Numbered from the stretch's first letter, positions 27,126 through 40,560 are shown. The stretch: 64,000 bases of DNA from Octopus vulgaris (GCA_951406725.2 OX597825.1:46004001-46068000); one strand, 5' to 3'. Program-made: numbers and translations. The notes: generated by a model from the sequence alone, not told the origin.

Positions 27126-27719
27126 TACACATTTTTTAAACACCCGTTGTACTATTTTTTCTAATTTTCGTTTCCAGGTCAAGTTGTAAACATTAACCCA
27201 ATTTTTAAATTTATTATTATAACTATTTCTTAACTATTTTCGCATTAATTGCGTTACCTATGTAATTGACCTCGTCTTTCTGTTCCGTCTTTGTTTTAAC
27301 TTGCAGTAATACCTTCATGTATTTGTTTTGTTTTCAAAACAAAACAATAACAAAAAACTCTTAAGAAGAAAGTTACCTTTGCATTTCGTTATTTGTTTGT
27401 GTATTTTATCGACTACTAACTCGACACTTTTATTTTGATGTAAAAGTCTGATAAAATCTGTATAATTAATGATTTTTATCCATAATTTCGGTGCAAGAAT
27501 AGGTTCGCTTTTCTATTTCTACATTACTCTGTGGTCACTCTACATGCTAATAACCACAACTACCTCAAAAAGCTCGCTAGTCTTTAAAACGAGCAGGGGA
27601 ATATTGGGCGAAAGTAAAGAATATGTACATTGGGTGTTTAGGAGTTAGGATTAGAGTATTTGTTTTTGTTACGCCGAAAACGGGTGGTGTACGTATTCTT
27701 TACCTCCGCCGGAATATTG

Positions 27720-27940
27720 TATGCTTTTCTACTATAGGCACAATGCCTGAAATTTCTGGGGATGGGGGGGGGCAGTCGATTAGATCTACATCAGTACGCA
27801 ACTGGTACTTAATTTATCGACCCCGAAAGGATGAAAGGTAAAGTCGACCTCGGTGGAATTTGAACTCAGAACATAAATACAGACGAAGTACCGCTAAGCA
27901 TTTCACTCGGCGTGCTAACGTTTCTGCCAGCTCGCCGCTT
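27720..27940 (-). mobile_element. tRNA-derived SINE (second family)
   Basis: Reverse complement begins gcggcgagctggcagaaacgttagcacgcc, has B-box gagttcaaattcc and core ctttcatcctttcggggtcgataaattaagtacc. An internally deleted copy lies at 27960-28080. Confidence 0.75.
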
Positions 27941-28507
27941 AATGTATTGTGTATTTATTTCTTCATTGCCCACAGGGGCTAAACATAGAGGGGACAAACA
28001 AGGACAGACAAAGGGATTAAGTCGATTATACCGCCAAGCTTTTCACTCTGCGTGCTAACGATTCTACCAGCTTGCCGCCTATTGTATTGACAGGAAGTTA
28101 TAGGCTTCCATTTTAATTTTGTATCTTATTTCTTTTCTTTTTGTTTCTTATCCTCATTTTCTTACTGGTTACTTTTGTTGATTTTTTAGAATGTTGTCTA
28201 TTATTTTTTTTTATATTCATGGGACTAACGACCGTTTCTTAAACGGCTCTTATGCAAGTCAATTTGTAGATATTACACGTGGATAGAAGAGTATCGTTTT
28301 GCAGTTGCGGTAGTTAGAGGCGGTGTTTCATCCTCGAAGATCCTCTGCATTCTCCCAAGGAACGAGTCGAAGCAATGGATGTTTTCTGTTCTAAACTCCC
28401 CAAAATTGTTAGTAATTTCAGCTATTTTGGATCATATTTTTTAATTTATTATTATTATTTTAACTATTTTCACATTAATTGCGTTACCTATGTAATTAAC
28501 CTTATCT

Positions 28508-28607
28508 NNNNNNNNNNNNNNNNNNNNNNNNNNNNNNNNNNNNNNNNNNNNNNNNNNNNNNNNNNNNNNNNNNNNNNNNNNNNNNNNNNNNNNNNNNNNN
28601 NNNNNNN
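28508..28607. other. Assembly gap (100 N)
   Basis: Run of N. Confidence 1.
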
Positions 28608-28943
28608 AGTTTCCCTAAGGATCCTTTGTGGCAGTCTACAGCATGTTGGTAGAAGATGGAGTTTGGCTTCCTTTCAATGTAGTTGTCCAGGTGTTCTTTG
28701 AACCTATCATTGATGCTTCTAGAAGTCTCACCTATGTATGACTCTGGGTTAGTCGCGCAAGCTCCCTCCTGGCACTTAATCTGGTATACAGTGCCCTTGG
28801 TTTTGCAATTTACATGTGGATTTGTGAACATACTGCACAATTACTTTGACAGGTGATTCTATCAAATGGATATGATCTGCATAATGCCGATTTGATAGTC
28901 CTACCTGTCTTTTCTACAACTTTAATTTTTTAGGCCAGTAATG
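28608..28943 (-). mobile_element. Near-identical duplicate of Naiad-like PLE segment 37350-37683
   Basis: Matches 37350-37683 apart from a 1-nt indel; encodes VYQIKC...YIGETSR. Confidence 0.85.
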
Positions 28944-29641
28944 GCTGTAGTAGTTAATTGAGGATAGTTAATTGAGGCATTAAAATGATGATGATGATAT
29001 TTATATATAAATATATGAGTGTGTGTCTATATATGTATATGTTTCTGCTCTCATTCTTGATCACTCTCTTTCTCTTGCTTTTTGCTTCAGGCTAGGTAAC
29101 CAAACATCTCCTTTACACCCCCTGTACCTCTCTCTCTCTCTTGCCGGGTAACCATGTACCTCCTCTATAGCAAGACACCTGTTTCTGCCTCTATTTCTGT
29201 CACACTCTAATCTTTCATCATCTGATACAAGATCCCCCCCTCCTCTCAAAATTCCTTGTCTTGCAAGTTACTTGGTGACCCTGCAGGTGCTGGTGCTGTG
29301 TAAAAAGCATTCAGTCTATATTGTTAAGTGGTTCGCATTTTGAAGGGCATCCAGCTGTAAAAATCATGCCAAAACTGACTAGCTCTAACCTCTCATTACC
29401 TGACACAAAGCCACCTCCTTCGCTACTACTCCCCATATCAGTTGAAGGATTTTGAGTTGCAAGTTAATATATATATATATAAAATATTAGAAAAAAACAC
29501 CTTTTATCAATTCAAAATGAATAATTAAATTACACCATCTAGAAAATTACATATAATAGAAAAGTTAAAATTAAAATAACAATTAAAAAGTAAAGATTAA
29601 GTAAATTACAAAAATAATGTAATGTATATAATAGGTAGAAA

Positions 29642-29728
29642 AACGACATGTGTTTCGCTTCTATATTTAAGAAATGATTATAGTAGTAGAGAAATCACTT
29701 GCATATAAATATAGTCGCTCATCAGGTT
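29642..29728 (-). ncRNA. Hammerhead ribozyme, intact core, extended stem II
   Basis: Reverse complement: aac-CTGATGA-gc ga ctatattta...taaatatag aa gc-GAAA-cacatg-TC-gtt. Confidence 0.7.
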
Positions 29729-29772
29729 AAAAATATAATAGAACAATTAATTAATAAATATACTTTGATATA

Positions 29773-31461
29773 TTGAAGGATATTCCTATACCATCTAGAA
29801 AAGAATATCTTTTAAAACTTATTAATAATATTAAGGATTTTATTAATAGAATTAAACGGAAAGCCTACTATTTTAATAATAACAACATTAATGATGTAGA
29901 TATTATAATTTTATTAATTCTAAATTTAAATCTAGAAAAGAACCCCCATATAATAGAGAAATACAGATTTTAGAGGATAATATTTGGAAGGTAGTGAAAA
30001 ATATTAAATTTCATAAATACCCTAATAGACATAACGAATATTTAAGAAATTTAGCTATTAAAATTAAAGAAATGCGAAATATGGAAGGTATCATAGTAGA
30101 ATCAGATAAAACCAAGAACCTATACGAATTAGATATTAGATTATATGATTTCCTTTTAAATAAAGAAATTAATAAAAAATATAAAATTGTTCCAGAAAAT
30201 ACACTATATAAATAAAGTCTCTAAATTAATAATGATGAAATATAATTTGGATAATAAAGCTGAACCTTATGTTCCTATGCACCCTAGAATAACTTTGAAA
30301 GATCATAAAGAAAATTTTTACTCTGACCCTAAGGTTAGATTGATTTGTCCATGTAAATCAGATTTAGGTAAATTAAGTAAAATTATTCTGGATAAATACA
30401 TTTATAGGTTAAATGAATTGAATTACCTTAAACTTTGGAACTGTACTAATGATACTTTAAAATGGTTTCATAATACTAATGATAAAAATAAATCTAAATT
30501 CATTCAAATTGATATAGATAATTATTATTGTTCTATTAATGAGATAGTACTTAATAAAGCCCTTATATTTGCTATGAATAAGGTTGAAATGACTAATGAT
30601 GAAGTTAATGTTATTAAAATGGCTAGGAAATCGTTAATAAGATATAATAATAAATTATGGGCTAGGAAAGATACTAGAAACTTTTTTGATATACCTATGG
30701 GGGCACCAGATTCTGCTCAGGCTACTGATTTAGTAGGTATTTATTTATTATTAGAACTTCAATTAGAAAATTAAAATTTTGATGGTGGTTTATATAGAGA
30801 TGACATTTTATTACTTACCAGGATTGTACAAATAGAAAATTAGAATTATATAAAAAGAAACTTCATAATTTCTTTAAAAGAAATGGTTTAAGTATTACTA
30901 TATATAATGAGAACTATAATGTTAAATATTTAGATGTTAATTTTAATTTAATAATGGGTAAAACCCAACCATTCCATAAAATTAATGAAAACCTTAGATA
31001 TATTAATGCTTGTAGTAATCATCCACCTTCTGTTAAAAAATCGTTGATAAATAATGTAGGTAAAAGAATATCATTACTTTCTTATGATATAGAGATTTTT
31101 AATAAACATGCACCTTATTATAATAAAGCTTTGAATGAGGCTGGATACAATAATAATATTAAATACTTTAACATTTGTAAATGTAATTATAATTTAAAAG
31201 ATAATTATTTTAATGATTTTTATAATGATAAACCTAATTGTCTGTGTTATGATAAATCTTATTTAGGAACTTATCGCCTTAATAATAATATGTATTTTGA
31301 TGATGAAAATCTTAAATTTAATGTTAGAATAAAAAATAAAAAGTATAGTAATAATAATAAAAATAAAAATTAAATTAAATTAAATTCATTTAATGAAGAT
31401 AATAAATTTAATAATATGGTAAATAATTTTAGTAATAATGATGATAGTTATAATAATAATT

Positions 31462-31509
<48 letters not shown>

Positions 31510-32256
31510 TTAATTATAATCATAATATAAAAGATATAAATAAAAATAAAACTTGGTTAGTTATTCCTTTTGGGACTCAGGTTAAAACAAATCTTATAAA
31601 AGAGATTTTACATCATCATTATTGAAATATTTATTAGAGATAATAAAAAATATAATATTTTTTCTAAAGATAATTTGGGTGTTGGATTTTCTACTACAAA
31701 TAATGTTGGTAATATTTCTTCATATAATAGTTTCAAATTAAAGAAATTTTATAAAGATAGATTTAATACTAATTCTAATTATAATAATAAAGACCAAGAG
31801 TTGATTTCTTGTACATGTAGGTATAAGTCTACATGTAAATTGAAAAATTATTGTGATTTAGATAATGTAGTCTATAGATGTAGGGTAACTATAATAGATG
31901 ATAAGAATTTGAATCATCGTAATTTAAATACTATTTATATTGGGTCTACTTCGAATAAAATTAAAAATAGAATTTCCCAACATATGTATTCTTTTAGGAA
32001 TAAAAATCTTATAAACTCAACAGGTCCCAGTAAATATATTTGGGACCTTAAATTTAAATCTATTAAATTAAAATTAAATTGGGATATTATTTGTAGGGCT
32101 AAATCTTATACTATAGGGAGTAATAGTTGTTCTCTTTGTAATAACGAATTTAGGGAGATATTATTTCATAAAAATTGTGCGTTGATAAACTCTTTAGAAG
32201 AACATAAAATTAAATGTAAACATAAATTAAAGTACCTTTATAATAGATTTAAATGA
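29773..32256 (+). pseudogene. PLE reverse transcriptase + GIY-YIG endonuclease, frameshifted
   Basis: KDIPIPS, KVRLICPCKS, FDIPMGAPD, GLYRDD, SNHPPS, CxCx5Cx5C (CTCRYKSTCKLKNYC), VVYRC...IYIG, CSLC, KCKH. Confidence 0.88.
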
Positions 32257-34479
32257 TAAATAAATAATTATATTATTTTTAAATAAATATTATAGTAATA
32301 TAAATTATTTTCAAAATAATATATATGTATTTTATTTGATTACTTATTATTTAGACTTTAAATTTATAGTAAATGTTTTTTAAAATTAAATAATATTTTA
32401 TGTAATTATATATTATATTTAACTTATCTTTAGTATTATTAAACCTTATCTTGTCTTATGTGGCTTATTTATTTATTATAGATATTATCTAATAGTACCA
32501 GAGTTTTTTTACTGTTTTATTACAAATCATATTATATTTTAAAAATAATGATGAATAATATTTGATGGTGAGTTTGAGATGAGTTTTGGGCTTCATCTGT
32601 TAGAGTCTTTAGGAAGGGTTGAATGGTAGGAAATAGTCGGCTGTGAATGAATTTGACATTAGTTTGCAGTTTGTTGTAGATTGGAATTTGTTAATGATGG
32701 TCATAATTTATAAAGATATTAATAATGTTAATTTTTATGTTAATTATTATAATATTAATGATAATAATATTTATAATCGCGTATAGCTTGTTATAGGATC
32801 CGGGTAGTGATGATGAAAAAGTAATACTTTATATACTATTTTTACTATTACTACTTTTATTAACTTTATTTGATTCATGAAGTTTAGATAATTCCCATAT
32901 TTCATTAATAATTTCCTTTAGCCCTTTTCATTAATAGTTATGTTCTATTTTTCCATGTAACGTTTCCACGAGTTTTATTTCTTATAGACGCTAAGTAGTA
33001 TTCTTTACGTTTATAAACTAGTGATTTTCTCTAATTAACTTAACGTTATTATCTCCTTTATTTTGGATTTGTATTTTGGGGGCGGTTAGTGTTTAGCTGG
33101 GATTAATTTTGTTTTTGATATAATAATAGGTGTCTGTTATTTTCATTTGCGTGTCTTTATAGTAGTTTCTCCGTTAGTTGTGGTTTTCTCTAATTTTTTA
33201 GTTCATGAGGCTTTAAGTTTTTTCGTCTTTTTGTATTTTTCATTCATAATAATTTTGCCACATTCATTGACTATTTATTGTATTCCACGCGATAAATTTT
33301 ATAAACGTTTTTCTCGTATTTTTCATTGTTAAATGTTTCGCTACATTCATTAAGGATTTATTCTATTTCTTTGCACTATGCGATAATTTTAGAAACGCTT
33401 TAAAATGTATATCTCTTTTAAAAATCAGTTACTCTTCATTCTTCACTAAAGCTAAGTCTGATTTTATCGTTTCTCTATTTCATTTGATTATTGAACTGTT
33501 GTGTTTTTGAAATTATTATTATTGTTGATATTATTTTTGTTTGATGTAATATTTTTATTTATTTATAGTTTCTTGATAGTATTTTTACGTCCGATGTTTA
33601 ATTGTTATAAAAGATTTTATGTTTTACATATCATTTAATTTGAGAATTTATAATGGTTAGACTTTTTTCTTATAATTAGATAATATTTTCATTAAATAGT
33701 ACTTTTTCTTAAATACACTAGTTTTTATTTTAATATAATGTTTATGTTTAACTTTTTATCGTGTGATATATTAAATCTATAGATTTTATACATGGATATT
33801 AATATAACAAGTTTATATAATGGATTTGAGTGTATTTGTACTTTTTCAAAGTTTTGATTGTATTTTCATGAATGAAATTGATTGAGTTGATTAATTAGAT
33901 GCTTATCATTTTAAAATCTAGATAGATTAATCAGAATCGTTGAACTTAGTAATTTAGTTTGCTTATCAATATTAGTTAGTTCTTGCTATTATTTTGACTT
34001 TGATCGTTTTTATTATTGTTAATGTTATTGACTGGTTTGGTAGAGGACTGGTGATTGTGATTGTACATCTTCATAGTATATTGTTCTTTGGTTTGAATAT
34101 TTTAGCACCTTTCTTTAATTTGGGGTTGATAGATTTCTTACTTTCCATTAACATATTATTCTTGCTATCATATATATATATATATATATGTTTAAAAATT
34201 AAAAAAATTTTTTTAATAATATATTATATTATTTATTGATATATAGGTGGATTATGTATTTGTAATACTAAATTGAAGTTAATATTATTTGATATTTAGT
34301 CTATTTTGTTACGGTTTGTTATATTAAATCTATAGATACTACACATGTATATTTATTATATGGTTAGCTTATGTAAGGAGTTTGTCTATATTTGAAACAT
34401 TTCTTATTTTGATTACAATTTAATGACTTAATTATTGAAGTATTATTTTATTTTTCAATTACGTATATTTAGAATTTTC

Positions 34480-34525
<46 letters not shown>

Positions 34526-34560
34526 GTATATTTATTAATTAATTGTTCTATTATATTTTT

Positions 34561-34647
34561 AACCTGATGAGTGACTATATTTATATGCAAGTGGTTTCTC
34601 TACTACTATAATCATTTTTTAAATATAGCAGCAAAACATATGTCGTT
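34561..34647 (+). ncRNA. Hammerhead copy with GAAA>AAAA mutation (also 34972-35058)
   Basis: aac-CTGATGA...gc-AAAA-catatg-TC-gtt; homologous to 29642-29728. Confidence 0.55.
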
Positions 34648-35308
34648 TTTCTACCTATTATATACATTATATTATTTTTGTAATTTACTTAATCTTTACT
34701 TTTTAATTGTTATTTTAATTTTAACTTTTCTATTATATGTAATTTTCTAGATGGTGTAATTTAATTATTCATTTTGAATTGAAAAAAGTGCTTTTTTCTA
34801 ATATTTTGTATATATATTATATTGTGTGGAATTTGATTTGTGTATTTTATTTAATTATTGAAGTATTATTTTATTTTTCAATTATGTATATTTAGAATTT
34901 TCATATACATATATATATATATATATATATATTAAAGTATATTTATTAATTAATTGTTCTATTATATTTTTAACCTGATGAGTGACTATATTTATATGCA
35001 AGTGGTTTCTCTACTACTATAATCATTTTTTAAATATAGCAGCAAAACATATGTCGTTTTTCTACCTATTATATACATTATATTATTTTTGTAATTTACT
35101 TAATCTTTACTTTTTAATTGTTATTTTAATTTTAACTTTTCTATTATATGTAATTTTCTAGATGGTGTAATTTAATTATTCATTTTGAATTGAAAAAAGT
35201 GCTTTTTTCTAATATTTTGTATATATATTATATTGTGTGGAATTTGATTTAGTATTTCTAAATTGAATTCTTTTTCCTTGTAAGTTTGGATTTTATTCCC
35301 TCAAATAA

Positions 35309-35416
<108 letters not shown>

Positions 35417-35768
35417 TACAAAGTGAGATAGGGGTTATGAGTGTAACCCACTATGGGATATCATTTATCCAATATACTGCCAGTAAAGTACCCAGAAAGG
35501 CTAATACATAAATGCTAAGAATTGCAATGCAATGAATTCATTTATTGTATTATATGGGCGAAGGTAAAATGTTTTACCTCAAATTCATAATACAAAATAA
35601 GAAAATGGAGGAATAGATTTTTTTCAATCATCAACTACTAGATAATACCAATTCATATAATTTATTAACTAATTATTTAGGAACATCCAGATTAAACAGA
35701 ATAATACAGAATAAAACATCAATAAGTAAGATAATACCATAAGAACAATACATATAAATATAAAATGG

Positions 35769-35898
35769 ATCTTACAGCTGTTTCAGCCTGGAGCTAAGAG
35801 TATCTCATTATGCTCATATTAGTCAGATGTATGTATTGAGGTAATATGCAGTTATAAATGAGCTACTTATATATATATCTCAAGGCCTCGTCAGAGAT
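35769..35898 (-). ncRNA. Hammerhead ribozyme with ~100-nt stem II insertion
   Basis: Reverse complement: atct-CTGACGA-ggcct tgag...ctc caggct-GAAA-cagctg-TA-agat; palindromic stem III ACAGCTGT. Confidence 0.65.
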
Positions 35899-36136
35899 TA
35901 TAAAGTACAATTATAAAGGTATAAAATGACATGGGGAGTAGTAGTGAAGGAGGTGGCTTTGTGTCAGGTAATGAGAACTTAGAACAGGGGTCAGTTTTGG
36001 CATGATTTTTACTTATTTGTTAAACTTTGGTACTTACTTAGTAAGTCTATTATGCCAAACAGCTAAGTTACCTATACCAATGTTTAATGGTGGTGAAAGC
36101 AAACACAAAGAGACACACACATACACTTATATGCAT

Positions 36137-36171
<35 letters not shown>

Positions 36172-36250
36172 ATTGCAGCATGGAAGGTGTTTATAAGCCA
36201 TTTAAGAAACACACAAAAGCCGTTCGATTTACTCCAACATTTAAGTTTAA

Positions 36251-36300
36251 TTTGTCAAAATATTTTCGTCGCTAAAATCCGCGACCTGTTCACTGACAAA
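36251..36300 (-). ncRNA. Minimal hammerhead ribozyme with G3-C8 core variant
   Basis: Reverse complement: tttgtca-GTGAACA-g-gtcgc ggatttta gcgac-GAAA-atat-TT-tgacaaa. Perfect 7-bp stem I and 5-bp stem II; a decayed relative lies at 55077-55120. Confidence 0.6.
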
Positions 36301-36339
36301 AATCCATGCTGCATCTGAGAAAGTAACAGTTAGTTCGTC

Positions 36340-36910
36340 ATATATATGTACGTATGTGTGTATGTATGTATACATGTGTGTATGTATGTATGTATGCATG
36401 TACGTACATACGCCTGTGTATGCATTATGTATGTATGTATGTATGTATATATGTATGTGTGTGTATATGCATGCACATACACACTATAAACATAAAGCTA
36501 TAAACCTGTAGCGATGGATAGATGTAGAGTGACCACTCATCACAATAATATCAAATTTCACCACCCCCCCGCCGAAGCCTGGAAGTGATTTACGACCCTT
36601 ACTCCCAAAACTATACCCTAAAACCTATTATCAGATATTTATCTCTATATCACAGAACTTTTGTTTTACTATTGTGCGTATGTATGTATGTATGTGCGTG
36701 TGTATGTACATACGTACGCATGTGCGTATGTATGTATACGCGCACGTATGCATGTGCCCATGTATGTACGTGCGTATGTACGTGTGTATGCCCATACGTA
36801 GGTATGTATGTATGTTTGTACTCATGTGCTACGTATGTATGTGAGTGTCTAGGAGAATGGGAGAATGGGCATGTCTGTGAGAGTGTGTACATGTGTATGT
36901 GTATGTGAAC
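36340..36910. repeat. Degenerate (TATG/TACG/TG)n low-complexity tract
   Basis: Alternating purine-pyrimidine sequence in two blocks. Confidence 0.85.
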
Positions 36911-37201
36911 GTATATCCGTGTACTGGCATGTGTCCGTCCAAGTTGTGTACATGACTGTTACTTTGTTGAAGGTTGTATACATATTCACATATATGTTTG
37001 TATAGACCCACACACATATATATATATGTGTGGGTGTGTGTTTGTTCCTCTCATCACCGTCTAACTGTGAATGGATACAACGCCTAAGTGCAACTGTACG
37101 TATCAAACAACGTACGCTCATACGGTTATATATAACTGCACATACGCATTGCAACCTGTATGTAAGGACTACAAGTAAACGAGAGAGAGAGAGAGGGGTG
37201 G

Positions 37202-37963
37202 TTATAGAATAGTCCTTCTGAATAGGATCTGGATGTTACTCCATTCGGACTTTCGGTTGAGAGTAGGTTTGTATTCTTGTATACAAACAGCTTCTGTGAC
37301 CTGTCTCAACATTGCATCGGTGGGATGTGTTGATAGGATGTTCAACTTAAGTTTCCCTAAGGATCCTTTGTGGCAGTCTACAGCATGTTGGTAGAAGATG
37401 GAGTTTGGCTTCCTTTCAATGTAGTTGTCCAGGTGTTCTTTGAACCTATCATTGATGCTTCTAGAAGTCTCACCTATGTATGACTCTGGGTTAGTCGCGC
37501 AAGCTCCCTCCTGGCACTTAATCTGGTATACAGTGCCCTTGGTTTTGCAATTTACATGTGGATTTGTCGAACATACTGCACAATTACTTTGACAGGTGAT
37601 TCTATCAAATGGATATGATCTGCATAATGCCGATTTGATAGTCCTACCTGTCTTTTCTACAACTTTAATTTTTTAGGCCAGTAGTGCGCAGGATTTTCTT
37701 GAATGCCTTACTTAGCTCGTTCTTAGGTGTGGCATCAACGAACATTACTCTGTGAAATCTCCTGTTATCGTACCAAGTAACGTTTCTCATCCTTTTGTTG
37801 GTGTCCCTCTCTAACCTATTCCAGAACTTGTTGCGGTATAGGGGGCATATACCGTTTTCGTCGTTCCTTGGTACGATAACAGGAGATTTCACGGAGTAAT
37901 GTTCGTTGACGCCACACCTAAGAACGAGCTAAGTAAGGCATTCAAGAAAATCCTGCGCACTAC
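37202..37963 (-). mobile_element. Naiad-like PLE 3' fragment (GIY-YIG) with fold-back at 5' break
   Basis: MFVDATP, IKVVEKTG, CQSNCAVC, VYQIKC, YIGETSR, EH..H...H, RQVTEAV, LNRKSEW. 97-bp inverted repeat at 37681-37777 / 37867-37963. Confidence 0.75.
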
Positions 37964-38939
37964 ATATAACCCACTGTCTGCCAAACTTTTAAGAGGTGAG
38001 GAAGCATTGGAGGAGGTGGTGAACAAAAGGTTATAGTGAGACAGATACAGATGTCTTGCTGTAGAGGAAGTACATGGTTACCAGGCTGGAAAGAGAAAGA
38101 TCAGGAATAAAGACAGAAACAAGTGTGCTACCACAAAGAAAATACATGGTAGCCCAACTTGAGGGAAGTGCAAGAGATAGAGAGAGAGAGAGAGAAAATG
38201 GGAGACTGCAGGATAGAGATAATGGCAAAATGCCAGGCATACTCACAAGGAATGGGGATCAAGTATAAATGAGATGGTTGAGTAAAGGAAGAGAGAGATA
38301 TAGATAGTGGTAAGTGACAGGATATTATGAAGGGAGTACGAGTAAGTGGCGAAAGACCTGGGTATATATACAGTTGGAGGGGCTACTGGGTAGCAATGAC
38401 ACAGAGGAACAGGGGTGTGAGGACAAGATTGGGGAGTGAGAGCTAGGCATAGTGAATGAAGGAGGAAATGTGAGAAAGAGATGAGTTGTAAATTGATTTG
38501 TTGGGGTAGGGTGAGGGAAACGTTTTCTTGTTAAATGTGGGTGGAACACCCAGATGGCAATAATAGAGTGAGAAAAGGCATGTAGGGGCAAGTAGAGAGC
38601 AATGATACAGTGGCACTGGGCCAAGAGGACAAGATTGGGAAGTCGGAGGTAATCATAGTATATGAAGTGGAAATATAAGGAAGAGAAGGGATGAAGAGAT
38701 GTAGTTTGGTTTGTTGTGGTAAAGTGTGTGAGAAGTTTTCTCATTATAGTAACAATAAAATAACAGTGTTTTATGAACATAGATAATATAATACAATAAT
38801 AATGTTTTTAGTGAGAAGGATGTAATTGATTTTGAGAAAGAATTTTGTCAAAATGCAGCTCTAAATTAATTAAACAAATATGTAACTTCTCATCTACCAC
38901 CTGTAATCATTCCTGTTTTTTTTGTTTTTTTTACTTCAT

Positions 38940-40560
38940 TTCCATATGCACAGAGATAACTAATTTGCAAAGGTACAATGATCCAAAGGGCGACAGAGAT
39001 TTAATGGCTGTAGTAGTTAATTGAGGATATTGGCTCCAAAGTGAAATCCCAAATTCTGACAATTCTAGTACAGAAAGCGAAGCTGTGTGCAAAAGATTGT
39101 TTTTCAAGTCTATTGAAATTTTTTCTTGTTAATGTTAATGGCAGGTGTGTATTGTCGTATCTTGTGAAAGGATTGATAATCCACTCATACATTTGATAAT
39201 CAAGTGATAGAAAATACTTAGAAAATGATACAGAGAGGTTTTCTACTGCCTTCTGCACTTCTGACAAAATTTAAAATTTGTTTGGAAAAGCCTCTACACC
39301 TGGGAAGCAATCAAGCTGCAAGTTTTTAACTTTCCTTATCCACAGTTCTAACTTGTTGGTGAAAGACTTTAATTTGCTTGTAATTGTAATAATATTTTCA
39401 TTCACTCCTTGCAGAATCACATTTAAAACGTTCAACTTCTCAAAAAGAATTTTCAGCATTGAAGAAACATTTCAGTTCGCAAAGAGATAAATCAAGAGAG
39501 CACTTTTCCTTTCAAGAGCTATGACACTTCTGTATGAAGCAGTAGTAAACACTTAAAATCAGAATCTATAGTTTCACATAAGGATACAAAAAGTCTGCAC
39601 TGCAGTGAATGCGATTTTATGTCCATCCTCTCCAGGAGACCATCATATAGAGATTTTGACATCAAAACTTTGCAGTGAATCAGGCAATGTACAATCTTAA
39701 CTTGTGAATTTTTTTGTAATACATGAGTCACAAAGCCATTTTGTTCAACCCTGCATGGATGGAGTGTCATCAATGCAAACACTAATACAAGTTTGCCACT
39801 GCATCCCTCTCAATACGACAGTTTGGTTTACCAAATTAAAGACATCTCCTGTCATTCTTTCCTTCAATTCACAACTGATTTTACCACCTCTGATGATTAG
39901 CAGAAATGAAATTAGTTGAGCTTTGCTGCTGATGTCTGTACTTTCATTAATTTGCAAGCCCACAAGTTTTTGAGTTCATTTTTTGCTTCAGTGAAATGTT
40001 CATGGAGCTGATCATCATTGTCTCATGAAATGTCTTGAATTTTATGAGAAACTGTGTGGGCAGACAAAGGAATGGTCTTAATTTGTTTGATGGTTTCATC
40101 ACTAATCATTGTGCCAATGACGATCTCCAAGACTGGTAAAATAATGTTTCCGGCATCAAAATGTGTTATTTTCTTCTTTACCAAAAGCTGGGCAATCTTG
40201 CAACTAGCAATTTGAGCTTTCTTGGGAATTGAGAGAATTTTCTTTAGCCTTTTTTATTGAATTTTAAAATTATTTTTTACCATCTCAAAGTATTATTTTG
40301 GTTTGTTCTTATGTTGCGGATGATTTGTTATTAAATGACGTTAAAGTTTACTGGGAACCATTACTTCATTTCAGGGTACTGTTAAACAAATCATACAAAA
40401 AGGAACTGAGATATCTTTTTTCAATGATATAAAACCATATTGAATGTAATTTTCATTATATTTTTGTTCTGAGGTGGACTTTTTATTCTGGTGTTTGTCT
40501 TGTTTGCTATGACTCTCTTTCACATTTTTCTGAGGTTGCAATAAAAATTTGTCCATGTTT
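38940..40560 (-). mobile_element. hAT Buster/Charlie-type transposase, degenerate
   Basis: MDKFL, KYNENYIQYGF, CMIC (BED finger), LQINESTD, CIDDTPSM, HCLIH, LLHTEV, WIINPF. Confidence 0.85.

Larger units (their letters stand above)
29470..35250 (+). mobile_element. Hydra-type Penelope-like element with inverted HHR-bearing termini
   Basis: 29470-29767 is the inverted copy of ~34522-34815; ORF remnants lie at 29768-32256; the 3' terminus is tandemly duplicated (period 411); flanked by (TA)n. Confidence 0.85.

Noticed and set aside
32560-34200. Alternative genetic code (TAA read as Gln) for the PLE cargo
   Set aside because: Frameshifts are also present and the adjacent RT ORF reads in the standard code; C-to-T decay explains the stops.
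37202-37680. Selenocysteine recoding in the Naiad-like endonuclease
   Set aside because: No in-frame TGA at Cys positions in the translated segment.
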